DNA from: Candidatus Omnitrophota bacterium
GTDB lineage: Bacteria > Omnitrophota > Gorgyraeia > JABMRG01
Reading direction: 5' to 3'
Assembly: GCA_043823785.1 (NCBI GenBank)
Contig: JBDRAM010000042.1
Span: 1,563-65,562 of the forward strand
DNA: 64,000 bases
Shown here: positions 37,814 through 48,218 of the stretch, one piece after another
Layout of the letters: each line of letters starts with the position of its first letter
Position numbering within the stretch: position 1 is the stretch's first letter
Translations under genes and position numbers: made by a program
Notes under the pieces: model-generated
The model's database searches: none
Told to the model about the DNA's origin: nothing
Seen by the model: only the letters and a program-made list of their open reading frames with translations

Positions 37814-39589
37814 ATGACCAAACACAAGAAATTACTCCGATGGGTAAAAGAGTGCCAGGATCTGTGTAAGCCGGATAGGGTAGTCTGGATAGATGGATCT
37901 GAAAAAGAGAAGGAGCGGCTTGAGAACGAAGCTGTATCAACAGGTGAGATAATACGCCTTAATAAGAAGAAGCTTCCGGGCTGTTTCCTGCATCGCACAG
38001 CCATTAATGATGTAGCGCGCACAGAAGGCTTGACCTTTATATGTACCCCGACAAAGAAACAGGCTGGCCCTACTAACAACTGGATGTTACCGCGCAAGGC
38101 ATACAAGAAAGCAGCTGAGCTATTCGCAGGCTCCATGAAGGGCCACACCATGTATGTAATACCGTTTTCAATGGGCCCTGTCGGCTCTGAATTCAGCAAA
38201 ATAGGTGTTGAGCTTACAGACAGCATATATGTTGTCTTAAATATGCGCATAATGACAAGGATAGGCAATGCTGTTTTAGATAAGCTTGGCTCTAACGGGG
38301 AATTTACTAAATGCCTTCATAGCAAAGCAGAGCTTGATATTAAGCGCCGCCTGATATTACATTTTCCGCATGATAATACGATATGGAGCGTAGGTTCAGG
38401 TTATGGCGGAAACGTTCTATTAGGAAAGAAGTGCCTTTCTCTTAGGGTAGCAAGTTATTTAGCCAGGAAAGAAGGCTGGATGGCAGAGCATATGCTTATC
38501 ATGGGTATAGAAGATTCGAGTGGCCACATAGAATATGCAGCCGCGGCTTTTCCCAGCGCTTGCGGTAAGACCAATCTTGCTATGTTGATACCTCCCAAAG
38601 GGCTTAAAAAGAAAGGTTACAAGATATGGACAGTTGGTGACGATATAGCCTGGATACGCGTTGATACGGATGGATCTCCATGGGCCATAAACCCTGAATG
38701 GGGATTTTTTGGTGTTGCCCCCGGAACAAACTCAAAGTCAAATCTAAGCGCTATGGAAACAGTAAGGAAAGATACGATATTTACAAATGTATTATTAAAA
38801 CCCGACAACACCGTATGGTGGGAGGATGGCGATGAGCCTGCTCCTGCAAAAGGCATAGACTGGAAGGGCCTTGCTTGGAAACCGGGCATGGTAGATGATG
38901 AAGGCAATCCCGTGAAAGGAGCTCATCCAAATAGCCGCTTTACAACTCCGGCCACGCAATGTCCCTCTATATCCTATAGACTAAGTCATCATCATGGCGT
39001 TCCAATATCCGCTTTTATCTTTGGCGGACGCAGAGCGCATGTAGCGCCGCTGGTCTATGAGGCATTCAGCTGGCAGCATGGAGTATATGTAGGCGCGACC
39101 ATGGCTTCTGAACGTACCGCGGCGCAATTTGGCAAACAGGGTGAAGTGCGCAGAGACCCTATGGCAATGCTTCCTTTCTGTGGGTATAATATGGCAGACT
39201 ATTTCAGGCATTGGCTTGACATAGGTAAGAAACTTAAAAAACCACCGAAGATATTTCACGTAAACTGGTTCAGGCAGGATAAGAACGGAAAATTCCTATG
39301 GCCCGGTTTTGGCGAAAATCTTCGAATACTAGAATGGATATTTAAACGGTGCAGCAATAAGGTAGGGGCTAAAAAAACACCTATAGGTTATGTACCTAAT
39401 CCTTCTGATGTAGATATGACAGGGCTTGAGATCAGCAAGCCCAAAGTAAGTGAGCTCTACTCTATTGACAGGAAGGAATGGAAGCGGGAACTAGAGGGGC
39501 AGAGAGAGTTTCTTAAGATATTTAAAGGTGACCTACCGCCTGAAATATTAAAGGAATACTCAGCCCTTAAGAGAAGATTCGGATTTTAA
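37814..39589 (+). CDS. pckG: Phosphoenolpyruvate carboxykinase (GTP)
   Basis: MTKHKKLLRWVKEC N-terminus. Kinase-1a/P-loop AAAFPSACGKTNLAM. Length consistent with GTP-PEPCK. Start set at ATG 37814. Confidence 0.9.
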   Translation: MTKHKKLLRWVKECQDLCKPDRVVWIDGSEKEKERLENEAVSTGEIIRLNKKKLPGCFLHRTAINDVARTEGLTFICTPTKKQAGPTNNWMLPRKAYKKAAELFAGSMKGHTMYVIPFSMGPVGSEFSKIGVELTDSIYVVLNMRIMTRIGNAVLDKLGSNGEFTKCLHSKAELDIKRRLILHFPHDNTIWSVGSGYGGNVLLGKKCLSLRVASYLARKEGWMAEHMLIMGIEDSSGHIEYAAAAFPSACGKTNLAMLIPPKGLKKKGYKIWTVGDDIAWIRVDTDGSPWAINPEWGFFGVAPGTNSKSNLSAMETVRKDTIFTNVLLKPDNTVWWEDGDEPAPAKGIDWKGLAWKPGMVDDEGNPVKGAHPNSRFTTPATQCPSISYRLSHHHGVPISAFIFGGRRAHVAPLVYEAFSWQHGVYVGATMASERTAAQFGKQGEVRRDPMAMLPFCGYNMADYFRHWLDIGKKLKKPPKIFHVNWFRQDKNGKFLWPGFGENLRILEWIFKRCSNKVGAKKTPIGYVPNPSDVDMTGLEISKPKVSELYSIDRKEWKRELEGQREFLKIFKGDLPPEILKEYSALKRRFGF

Positions 39590-39590
39590 A

Positions 39591-40064
39591 ATGTCTGTAC
39601 TTGATGTAAGAAAATATCCTGACAAAATATTATGTAAAAGAGCAAACGAAGTGCCGGTTGTCGATGCTGAGGTAAGAAGGCTGCTTGATGATATGGCTAT
39701 GACCATGTATGCTGTAAGCGGTGTAGGGTTGGCAGGGCCTCAGGTGGGTATTGACATGAGATTAATCGTTATAGACGTAGGTAAAGGGCTGCTAAAATTA
39801 GTAAATCCAAAGATAATAGCAAGCGAGGGTGAATCTGTCCTTGAGGAAGGCTGCCTGTCTATACCCGATGTTACCGTAAGGGTAAAAAGGGCAGCTAAGG
39901 TAAGGGTGAAGGCGTTAAATAATGAAGGAAAGGATGAATTGATAGAGGCCGAAGGCCTTTTAGCTCATGCTTTTCAGCAGGAGATAGACCATCTAGACGG
40001 GAAACTTATAATAGATTACCTGCCGTTTTACAAGAAGATATTTATTAAGAAAAGATTAAGCTGA
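39591..40064 (+). CDS. def: Peptide deformylase (atypical motif 3: QEIDH instead of HExxH)
   Basis: Motifs GVGLAGPQVG and EGCLSIP are present. Third motif reads FQQEIDHLDG. Confidence 0.75.
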   Translation: MSVLDVRKYPDKILCKRANEVPVVDAEVRRLLDDMAMTMYAVSGVGLAGPQVGIDMRLIVIDVGKGLLKLVNPKIIASEGESVLEEGCLSIPDVTVRVKRAAKVRVKALNNEGKDELIEAEGLLAHAFQQEIDHLDGKLIIDYLPFYKKIFIKKRLS

Positions 40065-40193
40065 CAATAGGGGCAGGCCCTAATTTGTTGATGAGGACAT
40101 ATTTTATAAAAATGGGATATGTCTCTTTTTTTGTAGAAGCCTTGACTGATATATGGTATATTATTTTATGTAGTTTTAGTATAAGGAAAGAAT

Positions 40194-41759
40194 ATGAAAA
40201 GATGCCCTAAATGTTCTGTAGAATTTTCCGATATGTGGAATGTCTGTGATGTATGCAAGAGCTTGCTTACAAAGGATGTCTCGGCCAAGAAAGCAGAGAT
40301 CGATTCCCTTGAGGATAAAGCCTATCTTTGCAAACCTATAGAAGATATAGTAGATCAGGCTGCTACACTTTTTCTGTATCTTAATAAGGACCTTAAGCTT
40401 CTGATGTGCAACAAGGCATTGGAAGCAATCACAGGCTATAGCAGGGAAGAGATATTTAAAGATGATTGGCTAAGGCTTCTTTTTAAGGATTATTCCTCAA
40501 GAAGGGAGATCTTTAAGGCAGTGGCAGCCAGCTGTTTAAGCAGTATAAAGTCCCGCACCTATCAAGGCGCTGTTACAAAAAAAGACGGAAGCGAGTGTGT
40601 TCTTTCGTGGAGAAACACAGCTGTTGTTGATGGGGCAGGTGAGGTTTTGGGTATAATATGTACTGCGCAGGATATCACAGATTCAAAACATTCTGAAGAT
40701 AATCTTGCCGCGCAATCCGAACGTTTGAGAAATATATTTACCAGCATAAGAGACTATGCTCTGATAACAACTAATCTGGATGACAAGATAACCTATTATG
40801 GGAGGAGCTCCGCAGGCCTTTTTGGATGGAGTGAGGATGCCACCTTGATGGATATATCTATATTGTTTCCAGAGGATGACAGAGACAGTGCAAAAGTTAG
40901 GATAAGACAATCTATAGATGAGATAGGCCGGTTTGAGGAAGAGGTAGAGCTTTTAAGCAGCGGGGATAGGTTGTTTCCGGCAATGCTAACGGCGAACGCT
41001 CTGCTTGATAAAGAGAATAACAGGGCAGGTTACGTATATATAGCCAGGGATATAACACAGAGAAAAAAGCTCGAGAGCCAGATAATACAGAGTGAGAAGC
41101 TGGCAGCCATAGGACAACTTGCGGCAGGCGTTGCCCACGAAATGAACAATCCATTGCTGGTAATCCTTGGCAGGCTGGATATGCTTTCTATGGAGGATGA
41201 GAAGATATCTCCGGAGATCAAGCATACTGTTGAGATAATAAAGACGCAGTCGATACGTATGAGAGATATAGTTGATAGGCTTCTTACCTATTCAAGGCCA
41301 AAGGCATCTCATATGATATATTTGGATATACAAGAAATCTTAAAAACAGTCGCCCCTTTAGTAGCTTACCATCCTGTATTTAAAAAGATAGCGTGGAAGG
41401 AAGAGCTGCCCCAGGACTTGCCAAAAGTTAAAGGCGATTTTACCCAGCTTCAGGAACTATTTTTTAATATTGCTATAAACGCGTGCCAGGCTACTCCTGA
41501 AGGCGGGAAGGTGACAGTGTCAACGAAAGATACCAAAGACGGATTCATTGAGATAGTGGTTCGGGATACAGGAAAAGGAATAAAGAAGGAGGATCTCAAT
41601 AAGTTATTTACTCCGTTTTTTACTACCAGGGATAACGGAACGGGATTGGGCCTGGCAATATGCCAGAACATAGTTAATGCCCACGGAGGAAAGATAGAAG
41701 TTGAAAGTGAATTTGGCAGGGGGAGTATTTTTAAGATAAGGTTACCTGCTAAAAAATAG
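40194..41759 (+). CDS. Sensor histidine kinase (N-terminal Zn-ribbon, tandem PAS, HisKA, HATPase_c)
   Basis: CPKC...CDVC ribbon. H-box AAGVAHEMNNPL. G-boxes DTGKGI and GTGLGLAI. No TM segments, so cytoplasmic. Confidence 0.8.
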   Translation: MKRCPKCSVEFSDMWNVCDVCKSLLTKDVSAKKAEIDSLEDKAYLCKPIEDIVDQAATLFLYLNKDLKLLMCNKALEAITGYSREEIFKDDWLRLLFKDYSSRREIFKAVAASCLSSIKSRTYQGAVTKKDGSECVLSWRNTAVVDGAGEVLGIICTAQDITDSKHSEDNLAAQSERLRNIFTSIRDYALITTNLDDKITYYGRSSAGLFGWSEDATLMDISILFPEDDRDSAKVRIRQSIDEIGRFEEEVELLSSGDRLFPAMLTANALLDKENNRAGYVYIARDITQRKKLESQIIQSEKLAAIGQLAAGVAHEMNNPLLVILGRLDMLSMEDEKISPEIKHTVEIIKTQSIRMRDIVDRLLTYSRPKASHMIYLDIQEILKTVAPLVAYHPVFKKIAWKEELPQDLPKVKGDFTQLQELFFNIAINACQATPEGGKVTVSTKDTKDGFIEIVVRDTGKGIKKEDLNKLFTPFFTTRDNGTGLGLAICQNIVNAHGGKIEVESEFGRGSIFKIRLPAKK

Positions 41760-41761
41760 AT

Positions 41762-41912
41762 GCCCTATAAGCATAAAGAAAAGGGCATCTGATTGCAAAG
41801 ATTAAAAAAGAAGATTACAGCGATTGATGCTTTAATCTCTGTAATCTAAATTAATCACTGTCATTAGGTATAATCAGAGATTATACCTAATGATTATACC
41901 AAGGAGTAAGCC
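41762..41912. repeat. Roughly 150-bp conserved intergenic element (family C), copy 2
   Basis: atgccctataagcataaagaaaagggcatctgattgcaaagattaaaaaagaagattacag...ttaatctctgtaatctaaattaatcac...aggtataatcagagattatacct...attataccaaggag immediately before the ATG. Confidence 0.8.
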
Positions 41913-42305
41913 ATGGATAATAAAACAAAGGTATTAATAGTAGATGATGACCACGATGTATTGGAGCTCCTGAAAGACTTATTTACAAAAAAGGGTTATG
42001 AGGTAGAATGTGTTAACAGCGGGTTGGAGGCCTTGGATTTCACTGATAAGGCGAGCGTAGATGCGATACTGCTGGATATAAAGATGCCGGAACTCGATGG
42101 TATTGAAACGCTCGGAAGGCTCAAGAAGAAAAAACCTGAATTGCCCGTAGTCATACTAACAGCTTATGGTTATGATGACAATTTTATAAATAAGGCATTA
42201 GAGCTAGGTGCCGCCGGATACATAAGCAAAAACCTGCCGCTGAATCAGATAGTATACGCGTTTCAGACTCTCCTGGCCGCGGAGCAGAAAAAAAGGGAAG
42301 GATAA
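41913..42305 (+). CDS. Response regulator, receiver domain only (CheY-like)
   Basis: KVLIVDDDHDVLELL...ILLDIKMPELDG...K. 130 aa. No output domain. Confidence 0.8.
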   Translation: MDNKTKVLIVDDDHDVLELLKDLFTKKGYEVECVNSGLEALDFTDKASVDAILLDIKMPELDGIETLGRLKKKKPELPVVILTAYGYDDNFINKALELGAAGYISKNLPLNQIVYAFQTLLAAEQKKREG

Positions 42306-42344
42306 CCTTCCGGGAAACTCTCAGAAAAATAAGACCTAAATCGG

Positions 42345-42431
42345 GCCGAAGTGGCGGAACTGGCAGACGCGCTAGCTTCAGGAGCTAGTGGGAGCAATCT
42401 CATCGGGGTTCAAATCCCCGCTTCGGCACCA
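42345..42431 (+). tRNA. tRNA-Leu (anticodon CAG), type II with long variable arm, CCA encoded
   Basis: Acceptor stem gccgaag/cttcggc. Anticodon loop tTCAGga (CAG). T-loop GGTTCAAATCC. 87 nt manual fold. Confidence 0.75.
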
Positions 42432-42909
42432 CCCTTCGCCTTGCAGGTCATCCTTCGCCTATGGTTAGCAATTCATAGTAGCAGGCTACGGATGGCAGGT
42501 AGAGTTTCATAGCAGCTGGTTTACCCTCCGAAGCTTTAGCGCAGGAGGGCTTCGGGTGGCAGGCCATATACGAGTGGTACATGCCCTGAACCTGAGCAAC
42601 GAAGTGACGAATGGTTTAGGGCAAACTCTCAGGTACATGGCAGGCCACTTCCCTCCTCATAAGGATCAACCACAAGTTTCTTAGCAGATTCCCGCGTAGT
42701 TTTTAGCCGATATTTTCTTAATATATAGAGCTTTGGGTAATTAGCGGATAAAGATACAGACATTTTGATTTTTGTCCGGGAAACCGTAACCGACATCTAT
42801 AAGGAGACATATTCTCTGTCTTAATCCCGAGAAGTTCCTACAGGAGAGAAAAGATCGTTTTGAGAAGATAAAATCGATTAAGGTATATCTGGATAAGAAA
42901 AACAGAGGT

Positions 42910-43536
42910 TTGGCCCAGGCAAAAGGAAAAAGACACAGGGAGATATTAAGATATGAGCTTAAGAAGTATTTAGAGAGAAGATCCTCACAAAAGATCTTCA
43001 CATTTCGTCTTACCGCCAGAGGCAAGAGTTTCCACATAAATTATCGAGTTTCAGAAAGAGCTATTCAGGAGGCGGCCATACTGAATGGGCTATATGTTAT
43101 AATGAGCAGCGTAAAGGGTGTAAATGCTGAAACCTTAATCTCTGCTTATCAGAGCAGAATGGAAATAGAGAGAAGTTTTTATCAATTAAAAAGCTTTGTT
43201 GAAATTAGACCTATATACCACCATAATGAGGAACGCATAAGAGCCCATGTAAGCGTTTGTGTATTGGCATATCTGCTAAACAATACGGTTACACATCTAG
43301 TGAGGCAGAAAAAAGATTTTGATGATCTAACAGCGCAGTCGGTATATGGGTATCTCAGGAGTTGTAAGTTAGTCGAATTGAATGCGGGTGGTGAAAAACG
43401 ACTAAAGATCACATCGCCTACGAAAGAACAGATTCGACTTACAGAAATTCTATCGGATAAAGATCTTCTGAATGAGGAGAAGGTTCAAAAAGTTCTAAAG
43501 CAGCTATTAGTGCTAAAAAACACCCTTCATGAATAA
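42910..43536 (+). pseudogene. Truncated IS1634/IS4-family transposase, C-terminal about 208 aa only
   Basis: YQSRMEIERSFYQLKSFVEIRPIYHHNEERIRAHVSVCVLAYLL is the DDE-E region characteristic of IS1634/IS4 transposases. There is no N-terminal half, and a GC-rich remnant sits upstream next to the tRNA. Confidence 0.65.
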
Positions 43537-43664
43537 ATCCCCTGACGAGTGTCTCTACACATAATCAAAAAAGTGGCGAGAAAGGCTTGACATGTAATAA
43601 GGAATATGATAAATTAAATACTGGTAAGTATTGTTCAACAGAAATCAAAACCTTCCAAAACATT

Positions 43665-44150
43665 ATGAGACTATCTATTATCAAGACCTTTAAAAAGCGC
43701 TCTAATAACGGTTTTACTCTTATCGAAATACTGCTGGCAATAGGAATTGCAGCTTTTACCATTTGCGCTATACTCGCAACTTATATTTCGTGCTTCGCCC
43801 TTATTGAGACCGCTAAAAATATAAATATCGCGACAAACGCCGCATCCGGCCTAATGGAGGATATCCGCGCGACTCCTTTTAATGGAGTGAATAGTTTTAA
43901 CGGGGTTAATTTTATTGTAAATAATATACCTGCAAGCCGCGGCGTAGTAAGCATCGCGGATGTAACTCCAGCCGGCTGGCCGTCTGCGACTTTTCTTGAG
44001 GCAACAATAAGCGTCTGCTGGAACCAGCGCAACAGAATTATGGGTGAGGACGCGAATTTAAACGGAGCGCTTGATGCCGGCGAGGATGCCAACGGCAATG
44101 GGACAATAGATTCTCCCGTACAATTAACGACACGAATCGCGCAGAGATAA
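43665..44150 (+). CDS. Minor pilin / pseudopilin (prepilin N-terminal cleavage-methylation domain)
   Basis: MRLSIIKTFKKRSNNGFTLIEILLAIGIAAF. Start set at the internal ATG 43665; the track ORF begins at 43587. Confidence 0.7.
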   Translation: MRLSIIKTFKKRSNNGFTLIEILLAIGIAAFTICAILATYISCFALIETAKNINIATNAASGLMEDIRATPFNGVNSFNGVNFIVNNIPASRGVVSIADVTPAGWPSATFLEATISVCWNQRNRIMGEDANLNGALDAGEDANGNGTIDSPVQLTTRIAQR

Positions 44151-44153
44151 GAT

Positions 44154-44693
44154 ATGAGGGGTTTCACGCTTCTAGAAATACTTATTACGGTAGCCATATT
44201 TACCATCTTGGTGCTTGGGGTATTCCAGCTGATGGAAGCCGGAAACAGGTTTTGGCTTGAAGGCGGGGCATCGGCTGAATTGCGTCAGGATATAATAAGG
44301 GCGCTTATGAGAATGGAGTCTGAACTCAAAGAAACACGGTCCATATCGCCTGCGCCACAAATTAACTTAGCAATCGGCGCCAGCAGTCCTGCTCTTACTT
44401 TTAACATACCTCAAGTCGATTCCGCGACCGGCACAATCTTAAACCCCATAGGCGCTGTAAACTGGTCAGCCCCTATTACGTATGCGCTTAATGCCAACAA
44501 TCAGATAACAAGAACAGATATCGGCACCGGAACCGTAACTATAATTGCAAACCACGTTAGCGGCCTGGTGTTTGCAAGGCTCGCAACCGATCCGTCTAAT
44601 ATCTTACGGATTAATATTACCGTAGGGAAAACCACTCTTACAAGAAGGCAGTTGCAGGATACGCAGCAGATTAGAATAAAAATGAGGAATTAA
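44154..44693 (+). CDS. Minor pilin / pseudopilin
   Basis: MRGFTLLEILITVAIFTILVLGVF is a class III signal. 179 aa. Confidence 0.75.
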   Translation: MRGFTLLEILITVAIFTILVLGVFQLMEAGNRFWLEGGASAELRQDIIRALMRMESELKETRSISPAPQINLAIGASSPALTFNIPQVDSATGTILNPIGAVNWSAPITYALNANNQITRTDIGTGTVTIIANHVSGLVFARLATDPSNILRINITVGKTTLTRRQLQDTQQIRIKMRN

Positions 44694-44716
44694 TTAAAGA
44701 GGGGAAAGGACTTAAG

Positions 44717-46039
44717 ATGTTTATAGGACTTAGAAACAAAAAGGGCTCAGCGCTTATAACCGTTTTTTTAGTCATAACTGTTTTGCTTGTCCTTTCCGCC
44801 GCATTCGTCAGCGTAGCCATCAGCCATAGTCGCGCCACTGAGAGATTTAAAAACCGAACCGTAGCATTTCAGACTGCTGAAGCAGGGCTTGACCATGCTT
44901 TCGCCTGGCTGCAATACCGGCCTGTTCCGCCTGCCGGTATCCTGGTCAATCCTTGGGAAGCCGCAGGTGCCCCTACTCTTATCGGAGGAGGCAATTACAC
45001 AGTTATTATTACCAAGCTCGTTTCCCCAACCGGCGATTCGTCTATTATCAGATACAGCTTGACTTCTTCCGGTTCATTTGCGGGCGCAACTCGAGTTTTG
45101 ACAAGCTATGTGCAGACATCCAGCTTTGCGCGCTACATCTGGTTTACCAATGGGGAAACGTATAACGGCACAGCGGTGTGGTTTTGGTCGCTGGATTACC
45201 TGGATGGCCTAGTGCATACCAACGGACATTTTAATATCTACAAAAATCCCGTCTTTGCAGGCGCGGTAAGTTCAGCTGATGACTACATAAGATATTACAA
45301 TAATGGGAATAATATAAATTTATCACAAACCTCTAATCCGCCGCATGACCTGCCTAATTTTCAGCAAGGTATCAATCTTGGAGCATATCCTATCGTTATG
45401 CCTAATAAGGCGACTAAGTTACGGAATGCCGCTGCCTGCGGAGGACTTACATTAACAGGAAATACAACAGTTGTACTCAAAGACGATGGCACTATGGATG
45501 TTACTAATGCAGATAATAATTGGAATAATACAAATAGGCCTTTGCCTGACAACGGCGCGCTCTTTGTAACCGGCGGCAACTTGACTATCGAAGGAACGCT
45601 TAGCGGCCAATTAACTGCCGGCGCCGAGAACGATATAATTATCAGTGACAATATAGTTTATGCTGATGATCCCCGGGCTAACGCGGCTTCAACCGATGTT
45701 ATGGGTATTGTTTCAGAAGGCGATGTCGTGATAGATGACAGCGCTTCAGGCCCAGGCGGCAATCTTGAGATAAATGCCTGCGTTATGGCATTAAATGATT
45801 CTTTTATGTTGGAGAGCTATTGGATAGGGCCTGCGCAGGGAACGCTGACTGTTTACGGAGGCATTATTCAGGAAGAGAGAGGTCCCATTGGCACTTTTAA
45901 TGCCAAGGCTAATACTCAGATCAGCGGTTACGCTAAAAACTATACGTATGATTTAAGATTGCTTGGTTTTCCGCCGCCTTTTATGCCCACTACGGGCGAT
46001 TATGATATATTAGCATGGGAGGATAATAATAAACTATGA
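44717..46039 (+). CDS. PilX-N-domain minor pilin-like protein, 440 aa (candidate tip/adhesin subunit)
   Basis: GSALITVFLVITVLLVLSAAFVSVAISHSRATE plus FQTAEAGLDHAFAWL, a PilX N-terminal-type motif. C-terminal region is N/G/T-rich and beta-helix-like. Confidence 0.6.
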   Translation: MFIGLRNKKGSALITVFLVITVLLVLSAAFVSVAISHSRATERFKNRTVAFQTAEAGLDHAFAWLQYRPVPPAGILVNPWEAAGAPTLIGGGNYTVIITKLVSPTGDSSIIRYSLTSSGSFAGATRVLTSYVQTSSFARYIWFTNGETYNGTAVWFWSLDYLDGLVHTNGHFNIYKNPVFAGAVSSADDYIRYYNNGNNINLSQTSNPPHDLPNFQQGINLGAYPIVMPNKATKLRNAAACGGLTLTGNTTVVLKDDGTMDVTNADNNWNNTNRPLPDNGALFVTGGNLTIEGTLSGQLTAGAENDIIISDNIVYADDPRANAASTDVMGIVSEGDVVIDDSASGPGGNLEINACVMALNDSFMLESYWIGPAQGTLTVYGGIIQEERGPIGTFNAKANTQISGYAKNYTYDLRLLGFPPPFMPTTGDYDILAWEDNNKL

Positions 46040-46452
46040 AACCAATAATATTATACATATGTTTCGCCGGGCTAATAATTTTGATCTTGGTCAACATGTG
46101 GGCTGCTAAGGAGAGTAGAAAAAACCAGCTTGTTTTAGAGGAAAAGATAGAATCTTTGCAGATAGCGCCGCAGGCGCAAAAGACGTCCTTAGATTATGAT
46201 TATGAAACAGAAGTTCCCATTACCCCTGATGAAGGATCTGCCATTACCATAATCAAACAGCCAGAGCCCGTAAGATATGAATCAGATGAGATTCAAGAGT
46301 CAACCGTTTCATCTGACGTCAATTCTGCTGTTTCCCAGCAAGATGCGGAAGCCGCTGCTGACGAGTTTGATTCTGGCGTTGACGAAATCAACAAATATCC
46401 TTCCAAAACAGAGATCAAGGAGATGAAAGACCGCGGTGTCGTAGCGCTGTAA
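46036..46452 (+). CDS. Small bitopic protein with acidic C-terminus, unknown
   Basis: N-terminal TM (ILYICFAGLIILILVNMW). Overlaps the upstream stop. Confidence 0.4.
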   Translation: MKPIILYICFAGLIILILVNMWAAKESRKNQLVLEEKIESLQIAPQAQKTSLDYDYETEVPITPDEGSAITIIKQPEPVRYESDEIQESTVSSDVNSAVSQQDAEAAADEFDSGVDEINKYPSKTEIKEMKDRGVVAL

Positions 46453-46748
46453 TTTACATTAAGAAATATAAGGAAGCTCTATCAACTAATTCTTGCTGAG
46501 AAATTGCAAGAATTAATTCTTAGCCCAACCCGAGTTAAAACCCTCACCGCATTAGCTGGAAGCGAGCGGCCAAATGAGCGCCAAGCGAAGGCCTGCCTCC
46601 AGGGCCTTACAGTTTATCCCTCCATAATTACCATGCCCCCATCCCATAAATTTCTTGTATATAAAAGTTTTTTGTGGTAGTATTCTACAAAAGTATATAT
46701 AATATAATTGCGCGCAACTTTTTTATACAAGTTATATAAAGGGTTAAA

Positions 46749-48161
46749 ATGGCTCCAATCATTATCTATATAGTAACCATAGTTACCAGTGCTGCCATAG
46801 CCGGATTTTTAATACGCATGACCACTATGTCGTATTACGCGAAGTTGAAAGAAGATGAGAGGAAAAAAAACGATTTCTTTGCCAGGGATGATGTTACAGA
46901 TCATGAGCTAAAGGAATATGTAAATAGCGAGATACAAAATATAGTGGGATCTGAAAAGCGTTCTCGTGAGATAAGCAAAGTGGTCTCGGATATTATGTCT
47001 AAAGAGGTCAATAAGAAGGTAGAGCAGGCCAGCCAGCAGATAGGAGAAAGATACAATAAGGTCATCGAGCAGAAAATCCAGAACGAAGAGATAGCCTGGA
47101 AAAAATATAAGAAAGTACTCTCCAATAAGAAAGAGACAGAGGCTGTTATCAGAAGCGTTGCCGAAGGTTTAGTTGTGGCAGATTCAAAGGGGAGGGTTAT
47201 TATGATGAATCCTGCCGCGGAGAAGCTTCTTGGCGTATCAAAAAAAGACAAGATAGGTAAGCACATATTAGATAATCTTCAAAAAGGAGAATTGGTAACC
47301 CTGGCTAAGGGCACACCGGAGAAGGATAACATGACGATAGAAGCCAGGAGCCAGGAGGATGAGACCAGAAAGATATTAAGGTCAAGCAGCGCGGTTATAG
47401 AGGATGAGAACGGCCAGACCGTGGGTATGGTCAGTGTATTGAGTGATATTACGAAACAGAGAGAGCTGGATCAGATGAAGTCAAGGTTTGTATCCGGCGT
47501 TACCCACGAATTGCGCACACCCTTAGTATCCGCGCAAAAATCCATATCATTGATACTCAGCAGGGCGGCAGGTAAAGTCTCGGAAGCCCAGCAGCAGTTT
47601 CTTTCCAACGCGGAACGCAATTTGAATAAGTTAAGCGGCCTCATAGATGACTTATTGGACATGTCCAAGCTTGAGGCAGGAAAGCTTGAGATCAAACTTG
47701 AACCGCAGACTGTCGAGAAGATCATTAATGAATCTACAGAGGGGCTGAATGCGTGGGCAGTATCAAAATCTATAGATATTATAGAGGATATACAGGAAGG
47801 CCTTCCCAATGTTAATGTAGATATGCACAGAATAAATCACGTTCTCAATAACCTGATAGGCAATGCTCTAAAGTTTACACCAAGCAAAGGTAAGATTACT
47901 GTAAAAGCAGCCTTGGATAAAGAAGGCAGTGTTGAGATAAGCGTATCGGATACCGGCATTGGTATACCTGAAGCTGCTCTTCCTAAAGTGTTCGACAGAT
48001 TTTACCAGGCAGGTGAGAGGGTCGCGACAGATGTAAGCGGTACAGGCATAGGTTTGTCAGTTGCAAAAGAGGTTGTAGAGCTGCATGGAGGAAAGATATG
48101 GGTTGAGAGCCAGAAGGGCGAAGGGGCTACATTCAACTTTACCCTGTCCCCAGCAGCTTAG
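46749..48161 (+). CDS. Sensor histidine kinase (N-terminal TM, coiled coil, PAS, HisKA, HATPase_c)
   Basis: H-box SGVTHELRTPL. N-box LNNLIGNALKFT. G-boxes DTGIGI and GTGIGLSVAK. Confidence 0.8.
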   Translation: MAPIIIYIVTIVTSAAIAGFLIRMTTMSYYAKLKEDERKKNDFFARDDVTDHELKEYVNSEIQNIVGSEKRSREISKVVSDIMSKEVNKKVEQASQQIGERYNKVIEQKIQNEEIAWKKYKKVLSNKKETEAVIRSVAEGLVVADSKGRVIMMNPAAEKLLGVSKKDKIGKHILDNLQKGELVTLAKGTPEKDNMTIEARSQEDETRKILRSSSAVIEDENGQTVGMVSVLSDITKQRELDQMKSRFVSGVTHELRTPLVSAQKSISLILSRAAGKVSEAQQQFLSNAERNLNKLSGLIDDLLDMSKLEAGKLEIKLEPQTVEKIINESTEGLNAWAVSKSIDIIEDIQEGLPNVNVDMHRINHVLNNLIGNALKFTPSKGKITVKAALDKEGSVEISVSDTGIGIPEAALPKVFDRFYQAGERVATDVSGTGIGLSVAKEVVELHGGKIWVESQKGEGATFNFTLSPAA

Positions 48162-48218
48162 ATACCGGATTTATAATAAATAAAAATTTTAAAACATTAA
48201 ATATCGGAGGTAAACGCT

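Noticed and set aside
42432-42720. tmRNA or other housekeeping ncRNA immediately after tRNA-Leu
   Set aside because: No tRNA-like 3' end, tag reading frame or recognisable conserved RNase P or SRP boxes. More consistent with an IS or integrative-element remnant.
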